Assembly (NCBI GenBank): GCA_951406725.2
Contig: OX597830.1
Coordinates: 70,928,001 to 70,992,000 of the forward strand
DNA from: Octopus vulgaris
Taxonomy: Eukaryota
Length of the DNA stretch: 64,000 nt
Direction: 5' to 3'
The stretch's first letter is position 1. Each line of letters opens with the position of its first letter. The position numbers and the translations under genes were made by a program. Shown here piece after piece: positions 11,687 to 25,128 of the stretch. The notes under the pieces were generated by a model, which was not told the origin of the DNA, made no database searches, and saw nothing but the letters and a program-made list of their open reading frames with translations.

Positions 11687-12090
11687 ACCTTTATATATTA
11701 CGACCTTGAAATTCTGATCCTGATAATTCTGACTTAGATATATATATTCTCAACGAGATGTATTCTACACTTGACATGTTTCAACCTTGATATCTCTGAC
11801 CCTGATATATTCTCACCTTGATATATCCTGACCTTCATATATTTTCACCTTGATATATTTTTACCTTGATATATTCCCACTTAGATATATTCTGACCTTG
11901 ATATCGTTTGACCTTGATATATCCTGTCCTTGATATATTCTGACCTTGAAAAATTTTGATTTTGATATATTGTCACCATGATATATTCACACCTTGAAAG
12001 TGTCTCACCATGTTATGTTTTCACCTTGATATATTTTGAATTTGATATATTCTGACCATCGTATAACATGACCTTGATGTTTTTCCAAAA
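11687..12090 (+). repeat. 16-bp minisatellite, consensus ACCTTGATATATTCTG, about 25 diverged units
   Basis: Consecutive units accttgatatatcctg, accttcatatattttc, accttgatatattttt, accttgatatattccc, acttagatatattctg... Confidence 0.9.
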
Positions 12091-12261
12091 TGTATTTACT
12101 CACATTACTCACGATTTATTTTCACCTTAAACTCGATATATTCTAAATTTTAAAATTCTGTCTTTGATAAATATGCACTTGAATGTCATAATGTATAAAT
12201 ATGTAGGGATGTATATTCATATACATTCCTACATATACACACATATTGACACATACATGTA

Positions 12262-12622
12262 GCATAGATAGATAGATCGATAGATAGATAGATAGATAGA
12301 TAGGTAGATATATACATATATACATACATACATGCATACATACATCCATACATACATACACACATACATACATACATACACACATACATACATACATACA
12401 TACACACATACATACATACATACATACACACATACATACATACATACACACATACACACATACATACATGCATACATACATACATACATGCATACATACA
12501 TACATACATGCATACATACATACATACATACATACATACATACATACATACATACATACATACATACATACATACATACATACACACATACATACATACA
12601 TACATACATACATACATGCATG

Positions 12623-12656
<34 letters not shown>

Positions 12657-12681
12657 TGTATGTATGTATGTATGTATGTAT
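12262..12681. repeat. Compound (GATA)n/(CATA)n tract that flips to (TATG)n
   Basis: Directly visible; strand switch near 12620. Confidence 0.95.
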
Positions 12682-13153
12682 AAAACTCATGTTACAAAGT
12701 AGAGAATGAATACACCTCACTGTGTAGGTTCTAATATCATCAAAACTTACCCCTTCGTTTCAACTGTTGGCGTTAAAGACATGATACTCTGATTATAACT
12801 CCTTCACATGATTCATTTGCTACATTTACTTTACATGAAGTATTACAATGTTACGGTCTTTGATTATCTCCCTTGGAAACACGTTCATCGTTTCCACGTA
12901 ACCTATGGTGGCGTTGCTGTTCTAGGTAATTATTGTTTCTTTTTAGTTGTATGGTGAAACTAGCTTGCTGTTGTCATTGATGTGTTAGAACTGCTTCAGA
13001 GGATTCTTTGAATTACTCCATCAAGAGTTGTCTTTCGCTAGTTGCCTTCTTTTAGAAATTAATCACAGGTAGAGGGTGATTTTGCCTAATAACAGAATAG
13101 ATAATCTGATTTAAACGGTTTTTTTTTTCCAACCTAATATATTTCACATCAAG

Positions 13154-13625
13154 TAAACCGGCAACCCCACCAAGCTTGCTTGGGGAGAAGAGTGTTTATT
13201 GGACACCCTGCGGAATGAAAAACAAAACCCGTCATAGGGCGAAGGAACTCTTGAGAGTCAACGGACATCCAATAAATGTCTTAAGGCGCGGGGACATAGA
13301 AATAATCGGACTGAATACCCGATCGCGCGGTTAAACCATTAGGAGTGAAGGACTCCTAGCCTTTGTTGGGGCATCCATCTAGGAGAAGGTAACTCAGGCA
13401 ACTGGGAAAACTCCGATATAAAACCTGCGGCTCTGTAGTTACCGATGATGTTGACTTGTTCTTCTTTTCGGATTATGGCTGCTGTTGCTTAGTGAGTGGG
13501 ATTGACTCAGTGCACAACCTTTCTTCACTTAAAAAAAAATCTTCTTGCACAGGCATTGCACGATAACAACATTGATTAAGTTTCGTGCAATGGCCATACT
13601 CGATAACGAGGGGGCAGCCACCATC
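13154..13625 (+). mobile_element. Non-autonomous RTE-derived element (RTE-like 5' UTR + RTE 3' tail), 5'-truncated
   Basis: Homologous to 62094-62648(-); GGGCATCCATCTAGGAGAAGG motif resembles RTE 5' UTRs; tail TTCGTGCAATGGCCATACTCGATAACGAGGGGGCAGCC shared with RTE 3' ends at 18985-19040 and 43965-44010. Confidence 0.8.
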
Positions 13626-13892
13626 TATGTATGTACGCACGTACGTACGTACGTATGTATATATCTATGTGTGTATATGTGTGTATGCATGTATGTATTA
13701 CGTATGCATGTATGTGTGCGTATGTGTTTGTTTGTCCATGCGTGCGTGTGTATGTGTATGTATGTATGTATGTATGTATGTATATGTATATCTATGTACA
13801 CAGACACACACGCACAGACACACACATCACGAATCAAAAGATTGCAAGTTCAAGTCCCGTCGTGGTCGTAGAAATTTTTCAATTGCATGCGT

Positions 13893-14795
13893 CACTCTGT
13901 GGCTAAGAAGTTAGCTTCCCAACCGTGCGGTCTTCGGTTCGTTCCAACTGAGTGTCACCTTGAATCAGTTCTAATACTATAGCTCTGGGTCCACCAAAGC
14001 CATGTGAGTGGATTTGGTAGACAGAAACTAAAATGAGCTGGTCGCATTTATATGTGTACATAATCTAGATAATAAGACAAAGAAAGAGCTTAGCACGTCT
14101 GTAATAACCACCAACAAACCTTTGCGGAGGCGCGTGGTTCAGTGGTTTGAGAGTTGGACTCATGTTCGTAAGCTTGTGGTCTCGATTCCTGGCCCGGGCG
14201 ACGGGGTGTGTTCTTGAGCAAACACAACATTTCACGCTGCTCCAGTTCACTCAGCTGGTAAAATTCAGTAATCCTTTGATGAACCGGTGTCCTGTCCAAG
14301 AGGGGAATATATACGCCATACAAACTGGGAAAGCAGCATTTATAAGTCAGTATGGCTCTACCTTTCGATGGCACTCTGTTTACAATGCCATTGCACGCAA
14401 AAGCTCTGCGTGAAAAATTACATAATATTCACTGCTTTAAATATTAAAGTACCACTTCATCAGACTTGTGTCAAATAGTTCTCTCTTACATTGTGTATTT
14501 CACAAGACTCTACTTCAAAGGAGTAAATAGTCTCGAGCTTCTCAAGGGTGGAAATAGTCTTCCAGGACATCAATGCACACATATATTTATATATCTACGT
14601 GTGCGTAGTGATTTGTGCTTGTGTTCATTCCCGGTTTTGTCTTGTTTATGTCCGCCTAACGTTGGGTAATGTATGATACAATAAGTACGAGGTTTAGGAG
14701 ATAAGTACTAGAGTGGATTCGTTCGACTAAACATTTGAAGGCATTGCACCAGCATGGCCGCAGTCTTATAACAGAAACAAATAAAAGACAAGAAG
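13893..14795 (+). mobile_element. Old SINE A in two pieces (13893-14065 and about 14585-14795)
   Basis: Degenerate head and tail matches to family A. Confidence 0.6.
14124..14370 (+). mobile_element. CORE-type tRNA SINE family D
   Basis: GGAGGCGCGTGGTTCAGTGGTT...TCTCGATTCCTGG...TGTTCTTGAGCAAAACAC...CTCCAGTTCACTCAGCTG. Confidence 0.85.
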
Positions 14796-14798
14796 ATG

Positions 14799-14847
<49 letters not shown>

Positions 14848-14858
14848 CATATATACAG

Positions 14859-14906
<48 letters not shown>

Positions 14907-15047
14907 GAATTCGTATTGTTCTTATATAAATGTGTGAGGGTGTATACAAAGATAGAGATAGAGAGAGAGAGAGAGAGAGAGAGTAAGAGGTGGAAGAAAG
15001 GTCGAAAGGTAGAAAGAGAAAGACAGAGGGAGTGAGAGAGAAAGGGT

Positions 15048-15079
<32 letters not shown>

Positions 15080-15091
15080 CATATATATATG

Positions 15092-15160
<69 letters not shown>

Positions 15161-16006
15161 GTGTGTGTGTATATATATATATATATATAACATGTGTGTG
15201 CTTGTGTGTTTGTATGTGAATATATTTCGTCCAGAACACATCCTCACACACACACTCACATACACATATTTATATTTATACATATGTATGTATATATAAA
15301 CACACACACACACATATATACACGAACTCATGTATTTTCCTCTCGCCAACCTCTACGGCTCTCATTCACACACGTGTGCTCACACTCTTCATATTTCTCT
15401 CCCTTCTCTCTCTCTCTCTCCCTTTCTCTCCCTCTCTCTCTCCCACACTCTATTGCTTTCGGCGACATGCTCTTCCTATCTTTTACTCTGTATATATTTA
15501 ATTTCATTTTCAATGTCACTGTTAATTTCATACAAAGAGGAAAAAAAAATGCATTTCAGTTTTTTTTAATATATTTTTCTGTAAGTCGTTTCTTTCCTTC
15601 AGTATCTTTCCCACACACCCTCTCCCCTCTGTCTCTCTCTCTCTCTCTACGTATGTCCGGTAAAAACGGATATATTCCTGTTCACATCTCATTCTCATTT
15701 TATTGTCTGTGTGTCTGTGTGTCACGCCTTCTCACCTTCTCACCTGCGTTTATTTATAGTGGAAATAGTCTTGTTTCAGGCAGAGTTTCTCTCGCTGACT
15801 CTTGCTGACACGCCTGGATGTGGAAACTGAGAATTACTTCTACAATGGAATTTCTTCCATCGCCTACTCACCCCCTTTTAATCCTCGTTTTATGTATGTA
15901 TGTATGTATGTATGTATGTATGTATGTATGTATGTATGTATTTATTTATGTAAGTATGTTTGTATGTATCTATCTATCTTTGTATATGTACGTTCACACA
16001 TATATG

Positions 16007-16070
<64 letters not shown>

Positions 16071-16742
16071 TATGTATGAACGTCCTTATACAAAGATAGA
16101 TAGATAGAACGTACATATATGGGAGAGAAAGGGGAGTGAGAGAGAGAAGGAGAAAATGGTTTATTGCCTCACCGGAAGGAGAATAGGAGAGTTGATTTGG
16201 CGGAGGTGGTGGTGGTGGTGGCGGTGGTGGTGGTGGTGGTGGAGGGGGTAAAAATGATCCTGAGTCTTTAAACAAATTGTAGTTCTAAATTTTATTTTAT
16301 ACAAAGTTCTTAAAATACCATACCGGTTTCCCTAATTTCTTGTTTTTCTAACTACGTGTGTGTGTTTGTGTTTAGGCGTATATGCCTGCTTGCATATATA
16401 AATGCATATGTCAAAAGTAACGCTACACAGCGTCAGCAGGAATTCAGCTAAAACATACATATAAGCACGTTATGTTTTTCTTCTTAGCAAATACTCATAT
16501 ATAGCTTAGTTGCATAATGTACATATTGTGATGAAACATCGTTGTTCTCTGAGCCCCAAAATAAACAAATGAATAGATACATAGATAATAGTTAAATAAT
16601 AGATTATTAAATGTGAAATGTGTCAACTTGTATAACAATTTTATCAGAGATTACTGTGTCATTTCAATGTTCACAGTTAGAATAGCAGCATGAATAATTT
16701 TGATCTGAATAAAATGTAAAATATTTAAGAAAAATATTTTAA

Positions 16743-17152
16743 CAGGTGTGGCTATGTGATAAGAAGCTTGCTTCTCGATCACAAGGTTCAGGGTTCAACC
16801 CTACTGCGTGGCACCTTGGGCAAATGTCTTCTACTGTAGCCTCGGGCTGACCAAAGCCTTGTGAGGGGATTTGGTAGCCGGAAACTGAAAGAATCCTGTC
16901 GTATATACATATATGTGCGTATGTGTGTATTTGTGTGTAGGTGTCTGTGTTTGTTCCCTCGCCATCGCTTGACAACCGATGTTGGCGTGTTTACGTCCCT
17001 GTAACTTAGCAGTTCAGCAAAAGAGACCGATAGAATAAGTACTAGGCTTAAAAAAAGTAAGTTCTGGGGGTCACTTCGTTTGACTAAATCCTTTGAAGGC
17101 GGTGCTCCAGCATGGCCGCAGTCAAATGACTGAAACAAGTAAATAAATAAAG
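16743..17152 (+). mobile_element. SINE family A, full length
   Basis: Head to tail match with other copies. Confidence 0.9.
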
Positions 17153-17250
17153 GAATAATGTTTATCCATATTGTTCTCATCATCTCGTTTATCGATCCCT
17201 TTTGTACACAACTGCACAGAAATGCATTCTTGAAGTATGAGAAATAACTT

Positions 17251-17608
17251 TTATTACCTTCGCCTTAGCGAAGGTGGAGATATTGTTTTCCGTCGTGTTT
17301 GTTTGTTTTCCGTGGACAAGATATCTCAAGAACCACTGGATTAATTCAGATGAAACTTTCGGGGATGTCTGTCCACGAACTGATTAGATTTTGGGATCGG
17401 CTCGGTAACGGACAAGGATTCTAGATTATTTTTCCGTGCTTTTTACTTAATTTTTGAGAGCGGTCGGGTTCATTTTTAGTATTTTCGTTTGCGAGAGCAG
17501 TTGAGTTTATTTCAGATATTCTCATTTTAAAAATCATCTCTGGCTAATCGTTGAGATGCTGTTGATGTAGCCTTAGTGGAGGTTTGTGCTTTCTGAGTGC
17601 CCTTGTTT
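17251..17608 (+). mobile_element. Helentron-associated (HINE/DINE-1-like) non-autonomous element
   Basis: 5' TTATTACCTTCGCCTTAGCGAAGGTGGAG hairpin/subTIR, GTTT tract, 3' GTGGAGGTTTGTGCTTTCTGAGTGCCCTTGTTT; T-rich flanks. Confidence 0.65.
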
Positions 17609-17629
17609 GATATCTTTTACTTGTTTCGA

Positions 17630-17950
17630 TCTTTTGACACTGACTTGAAAGCTTCAGTCGAACTAATCGACACCTAAATTCATTTTTTAAGACTTTTACT
17701 TTATCTTTTGCCAAACCACGAGACCACAGGGAAGTAAAACAAGCCACTGGTTATCAGCAATAACAGGGGTCAAACACAATAAGACACACATATACACAAC
17801 CAGTGCTTTTTAGTTTCGATTACCAAATTTACGAACAAGTCTTTGGTAGGCCGGGAGCTACAGAAACAGTCACTTGCCCAAGTAGGTACGCAATGGTACT
17901 GCGCCCGGAATCATATGGGTTCGAAACAAATTTCTTAGCATACAGTCACG
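17630..17950 (-). mobile_element. Old degenerate SINE A
   Basis: CACTTGCCCAAG...CCCGGAATCATATG and other family A motifs. Confidence 0.6.
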
Positions 17951-17982
17951 TCTGATAAAATATACTATATATATCCAAATAT

Positions 17983-18238
17983 TTTTTTTATTCGCCCTTT
18001 TAAAGCCTAGCCATGTTCATGGGCCCGGTTTCCCGGTTTCAATGGCGTATGTGTTCCCGAGATGGACGGGACGCCAGTCCATCTCAGCGTTACTCATTTT
18101 TTCCTGCTGAGTGAACTGGAGCAACGTGAAATGACGTGTTTTGCTCAAGAACACAACGCGTCGCCCGGTTCAGGAATCGAAACCACAATCCTACAGTCAT
18201 GATGCTGACACCCTAACCACTAAGCCACGCGCCTCCAC
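17983..18238 (-). mobile_element. CORE-type tRNA SINE family D (tail type 1) with 12-bp TSD
   Basis: TSD ATATCCAAATAT 17971-17982 / ATATCCAAGTAT 18239-18250; A and B boxes on minus. Confidence 0.9.
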
Positions 18239-18454
18239 ATATCCAAGTATATAAAAATTTGAAAACATACATGGATAAATTGATATATAGATGCTATAAT
18301 GTACATGTATATGCCCACTTTGTGGTAATATGTATTTCCAAGTTGTACGCCAATATTATTTTGAAGCTATCTAGCTGAAATATTACGTAGTTATATCATT
18401 ACAAAAAGGAGATAACTTACGTTATCAGAAGAAAGGATAATCCAGCAGAAGAAA

Positions 18455-18662
18455 GGATAATCCTTTCTCCTGAAGGTACAAGGCCTTGGAATTTGTGGGG
18501 AGGGGACTAGTCGATTACACCGACCCCAGTGTTTCACTGGTACTTAATTCATCGACCCGAAATGTTGAAAGGCAAGTCGACCGCGGCGGAATTTGAACTT
18601 AGAACGTAGCGGCAGACGAAATACTGCAAAGCATTTCGTCCGGCGTGCTAAAGATTCTGCCA
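18455..18662 (-). mobile_element. SINE family B (tail variant 2)
   Basis: Family match. Confidence 0.85.
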
Positions 18663-18684
18663 TCATGCTGCCTTTAGGATAAGA

Positions 18685-18900
18685 AAGGATAATGCTGCTA
18701 TCTTGAGTATTGGGGCGATGGTGCAGAAGCGCAGGTTACGTTGGACTGGACATCTTATTAGAATGGAGGATAGCAGGATCCCTAAACAGATGCTATATGG
18801 GGAACTAGTTAGTAAGAGACCCTGGCAGAAACCAAAGCTGCGATTAAAGGAATGTGTCAAGTCCTCATTAAAGGTCTGTGATATGCAGGAGACCGACATA
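18685..18900 (+). mobile_element. RTE-clade LINE ORF fragment (post-RT region)
   Basis: SIGAMVQKRRLRWTGHLIRMEDSRIPKQMLYGEL...KPKLRLKECVKSSLK, the typical RTE RLRWxGHxxRM..R.PKQxLYGEL motif. Confidence 0.9.
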
Positions 18901-18984
18901 TAAAGTATACATACATACATGCATGCATACATACATACATACATACATACGTACATGCATGCATACACACATACATACATACAT

Positions 18985-19318
18985 ACATTATTATTATGGC
19001 TGCCCCCTCGTTATCGTGTATAGCCATTGCACGAAGCTTAACTGTTATTGGTGCTGTGATCGAATGTGACTTTTTAGCCCAGTTAAAGATCTACAATGTC
19101 TTGTACAAAATTGGCAACTAAAACCTTTACTGGTAATAGTCGGCTGTAGTTGTAACTGGGCTTCATGTACCTTTGCATGTCGTTTAAGTCCTCCTGCCGA
19201 ATTAAACTCTCTTCCACATGCCCGACAGATATGATTAGTATGGTGTGTTACACTACCACCAGTGGCCAAGTTGTCACTCATCTGTCTCGCGTTATGACTA
19301 CGAAGATGACTCTTGAGT
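18985..19318 (-). mobile_element. RTE-type LINE 3' end with C2H2 zinc fingers and short 3' UTR
   Basis: LKSHLRSH...CRACGREFNSAGGLKRHAKVH...CQFCTRHCRSLTGLKSHIRSQH*, then tail ...GAGGGGGCAGCC(ATA)n; second copy 43965-44185. Confidence 0.8.
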
Positions 19319-19824
19319 ATATATATACATACATACGTACATACGTACATACATACATACATACATACATACATACATACATACATACATACATACATAC
19401 ATACATACATACATACATACATACATACGTATATACGTACATATAAATATACATACATACAAATGTAAATAAATGTGTGTCTGTATTACACACACATGTC
19501 TGCCGGAATACGGCTGTCTTTCGCTTAATTCAAATATTTTCCTTCTATTTTACCCTCACAGCTAGCACGATCATATTTACCCCACCTCCACTGCTACCCA
19601 TAAATATAAGCGTTTTCTTGATAACTTTCATATAATATTTCAACATACACTTAAATAAGAGATAAATTAAGAGGAAACACGCTCATATTACCAACAGAAA
19701 GACCGGAAATGAGAAAATGTGAAATTTAGAGTATAGCAAATAATGATCATTTAAATTTTTAAGTTTTTAAAGAATGCTCTACGTTTACATATTGAGTTAT
19801 GTATTTCATCGCTTTTTGGTAAAC

Positions 19825-19917
<93 letters not shown>

Positions 19918-19959
19918 ACGCGCAATCCTGAACTGGTCTATCTACGACAAATTCCACCT

Positions 19960-21490
19960 AATGCGACACATCATCAGAGAGGTCAGGGATTAAAGCTAGC
20001 ATGCTTGGGGCTCTGATCGATTCGGATCAATCAAAAGCGTTCGATATAGTTGACCTTGGCTACTTGGAAACCGTACGGAAAGCAGCCGGTTTCGGACCCG
20101 TTGCTAGACGCTGGATCACTGAAATATACAGTGGCTTCTGCTCGGTGGTCAAAGTTAACACCGCTACCGATCCGAACCGTTTCGCAAGTTTGAACAGTTG
20201 AAGAGCATCCCTTTCGATGTGCCGCGGTATGCGGGAGACTTTACCATCATAATGTCTGATGCCTCCGCAGTGGAGACGATTGGTACCATTCCAAAGGAAT
20301 TCGAGTCGGTTGCAGGGGTCAAAATCAAGGAATGACGGACTAGTTGAACTACTCGGGGGTCTGGTTCGCTCGCTACATCCAGGTGGATAAGAACTGAAAC
20401 GAAGTGACGAACTAAATGGCCAATCTTACCCAGAAATAGGCATGGAGAAAGCTGTCGTTGAAATGTCGAGCAGGGGTGGTGAATGCCTACATCGCCTCAG
20501 CCATCATATAACACCTGACCATCCTGCCCCGCCCCAGTTACAGCTTATGGATGCGCTCCAATCGTTAGGCGGTCAGTCTGCTGCGAGCAGTACCTCTATT
20601 GGCGGCTCAGACACGCCGCTTCTTCTGATGAGCAGATACGCGCGCAGGTTGCACCACCTGCAACAGCTTCTGGACGGTTTGCGCGTGTGGGCTCCATTTG
20701 TGAGGCACACTTTTCAGCAGCTTGTCTTCTTGACGGAGCTGCATTCTTGAATCAAGGAAAGACCGATAAATGGTGCTGAAGAACAAGAATGTCGGCAGGC
20801 GCTCACAGCCTTCTACAAGTCGAGCAGTTAGAGCGATGGACGTTCCACTTTCGCAATACATAGAGGATTAGTGGCGAGGATGTGCAATTACATTCTCGGG
20901 GAGACGCTGGGCATCGATGAAAACGAATTGGCAAGTCTGCTCTGGGGGACTTCCCATCGGGGACTACCATGGATAATTGGCAGTGCTACGCAGAGACGCT
21001 ACGGGTGAGATAAATTCTATAGGTAGAGATGTGCCGTCAGATGTTCTTGTCCAAGTTGCCTGAAGAGTGAGGAAACTGTTCTGCACGCACTCTTATAGTG
21101 TGTGGGCATTGTTACCTTGTGGTGTTATGTCGAACAGCTTCTAACTCATGTGGGACGGATCCATCTGTCGGCCGAGTTTATAGTGATGAATACCCTGCCG
21201 GCTTCCTTTAATCGGGCAGGTAAGGCAGTTTTCTTTTGTTTAGTGGCTGTGGCAAAAGAAGTTGTTTGGTGGAGGAGGTTAAATCGCATGAAGATTGAGA
21301 CATTCCGGTTTCGTAAGAGCCCTCAACAACTTTTTAAAGTTGCACTTATAAAAACGAAAGTAAGGATGGAGAGGGAAGTGCTGTCATCGCGTGAAATTTA
21401 CTGAAAGGTAGGTGAAATTTGCGAAACGTTGAGTAAATGGTGCCGCCTTAAATATAGATCTGTGAGGCGGATGGACAACGAAACTGGAAA
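19960..21490 (+). mobile_element. Decayed Tx1/L1-clade LINE ORF2 (RT to C-terminal zinc knuckle)
   Basis: GALIDSDQSKAFDIVDLGYL..AAGFGP..RWI..IYS; YAGDFTII (YADD-like) near 20228; ELLGVWF; CPSCLKSEETVLHALL*C near 21047; many stops and frameshifts. Confidence 0.85.
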
Positions 21491-21544
21491 GAGCACTTGG
21501 CCTTGGTTTTCAGAGAGATCTTGGAAGGTGGGATTCCTCCTCCA

Positions 21545-21900
<356 letters not shown>

Positions 21901-22493
21901 GTTTAATTGTATACGTTTTTTGTTGTGCCGATTTCTGTGGTTTTCTGGTCTGTTTTTTTTTTGTTTTTGTTTTTTATTACATTCTTCCTTATACCATTGT
22001 TTCCTACTATCATCAACACCAACAACAACTCCACCTTTACCTGCATCGCACCCGCCACCAACATCGCCATCACCACCGTTTCCACCTCCTCAGCTCCGCC
22101 ACCAACACCACCATCATCATACTATTACCACCACCACCACCACCACACCACCACCACCACCTCTACCAAGAAGTAGCAACGATTACATTATTATGCCTAA
22201 TGTAGCAATGGCTAACATCCACCCTGTTAGAAACAACAGTCAAATCTCACATAATTTACATAGTTGTCATAGTTGTATGTATATATACGGGATGCTCACT
22301 ACTGGAACTCTTCTGATTATATGTGTGACAGAATACGGGTCCCTTGGTTATAAACAGAACCACTGTAAAGTCAATGCTATCACATCTACGAAACAAAAGT
22401 TGGGGAGGCATAACAAACTCCTTCTTTCTTACCCTCGATAGAACATTCTACCATCCGGAAAACAAAGTATATTAAAGGGTAAAGAAAAACACT

Positions 22494-22558
<65 letters not shown>

Positions 22559-22730
22559 GTATATATTTCATTCTTTCATTTATTTGTATTAAAAAAACAC
22601 ACAAATTTCCACTCGAAAGCACGTGATCTCTGCCCTTGGCTTGTAGCTTCAACCGTGTTTTTCTGACGTGAATTTGCTACCCGGGTATCGGTTAACCGAA
22701 TTATCCATACTAGGATAATTCATTCAACTA

Positions 22731-22768
<38 letters not shown>

Positions 22769-23103
22769 CAATAATAAATCTCTGAACGAGGTATAGAGAG
22801 TAACTGCACGACAATACGGCAAATATACCTCACATATATATATATATATATATGTGCGTGTGTGTGTGTGTATAGATAGATATAGATATAGATAGACAGA
22901 TAGATAGATAGATACACACACAAATGCACACACACACACACACACACTCACACACACACACATATATATATTTTTGGGCAGTCTTTTCCTTTTTTCATAT
23001 CCAAAAGCTTTTAACCTAATATTTAACGCTATTATATATAGTTTTATCTACTACGAGTTTCAAAAAAAATGTTTTCATGTTCTCTCGAAATTGATAATGT
23101 GTG

Positions 23104-23170
<67 letters not shown>

Positions 23171-23452
23171 TATGTATACACACACACATATATATATGTA
23201 TATATGTATATACATATATTATATGTATAAATTTATTATCATGTTCTCTCGAAATTTACAATGTATGTATACACACGCATGCACACACAAACAAACACAC
23301 ACACATACACACATATTATATCTGCGTGTGTGTAAGAATTTATGATTTCGAGAGAACTTGAAATAATTCTTGTTTGAAAGGGTGAAACACAAAGTAGATA
23401 AATCTATAAGTAATAACCGAAAGAAGCCCTTTACACACACACACACACACAT

Positions 23453-23499
<47 letters not shown>

Positions 23500-24239
23500 G
23501 TATATCTTTATGTATGTGTTTGTGTGTGTGCACGTGTGAACGTGTGTGTGTGTGTGCGTGTGTGTATGCGTGTGTATATTTACATATAAGGGTCGGGATG
23601 GTTGTACATGAAGCATCTTTCATCGTAGATCTTTTGGATCACGACTGTTATGAGCAAGAACAATAACAACAAAAGCGAAACAGCAAATGATTCTTTACCT
23701 GGACACCGAGCTTGCTAGAAATAACAGCTAAATATCTTCTCTTAAATATTACACTCTTCTAACCAGTCTAAAGTAAGATAAAAATAGATCTAGTTCTAGT
23801 GCGACAGTCATAAAAAGAACGCTTTTAATTATAGGTATGCTATCACAGGGATGACTCAGTGCTACACAAAATAAACATCACGGTTGTTATCAGTCAAAAA
23901 AACCACAAACAAGGTTATTAATAGTCAAAGCACTTCCACGATTAGATTTGTTGTGTAATATAGAAGAATTTCATCGTAACTCGCTACGCCAAATTTCACT
24001 CACAGAATGGACTCAATCGAAAAGTCTCTCCCAAAGATAAACTCGGAGTAGTAAATTAGTAACTTGGAAGTTCTAGGCACGTGACATGCGGTGTGTGTTA
24101 AAAATTAATTAAATTTAAGTAATACCTAGTTGAAAGTCCTTATCAACTAAGAGTGACTGATTTGCGAGTGCGTTTCTATGGTTTAGTGTGTGGGTATATA
24201 TGAATGCACCCGTGGATGATAGTGCGTGTGACAGTCTCT

Positions 24240-24292
<53 letters not shown>

Positions 24293-24506
24293 AAAGAGGT
24301 GAAGCTTATCGTGGAGTAAGTAGGTGCGAATCTATACACGTAGGGTAGACAGATAAGTGGGAATCGTGTAGAGCGGAATATCAAGAAGGAAATACACACA
24401 TTGGTAGCCGATATTTTATCGTTAATTAAGAAGATAATTATGCTGGGAGAAGAACACTGAGAATGATGGCGTGAGATATGTAAACATAAATACATTGTAT
24501 ATGTAC

Positions 24507-24580
<74 letters not shown>

Positions 24581-24761
24581 ATATTATACATCTCCATACG
24601 TATGCATATATACATGTATATATACATATATCTACACACACACACACGCACATATATATATATATTAGTTACATGTATATATACATATATGTATTTATAT
24701 ATATATATAATATATATATACATATATACAATCGTAATATATATATATATATATATACATT

Positions 24762-24794
<33 letters not shown>

Positions 24795-24795
24795 T

Positions 24796-24842
<47 letters not shown>

Positions 24843-25086
24843 TCAAAAGAAAACAAATAGACAACAACGCGAGGATGTGGAACAAATAAAGTATTATTGG
24901 GCGCTATGCGTTTAATTTATATATTATATATATATTATATATACATATGCGTTTAATTTATTTATTATGTATATATTATATATATGACTAAAACAAATAA
25001 AACAATATATACTATATAAATATTATATAATATATTTATAATATATATGTATGTTATATTTAAATATATTATATATATATATTTAT

Positions 25087-25128
<42 letters not shown>

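Noticed and set aside
11687-12090. Possible CRISPR-like array
   Set aside because: Contiguous 16-bp units with no unique spacers, eukaryotic context, no cas genes
19045-19318. Host C2H2 zinc-finger gene exon
   Set aside because: Followed by a retroelement tail, present as two 5'-truncated copies in microsatellites; treated as a LINE end
21990-22175. Pro/His/Thr-rich ORFs
   Set aside because: Degenerate (CCA)/(CAT) microsatellite with no splice context
23600-23880. Additional old SINE-like family (TAGAAATA.CAGC.AAAT; similar at 22225-22370, 36620-36725, 63780-63920)
   Set aside because: Too degenerate to delimit by eye; left unannotated pending RepeatMasker
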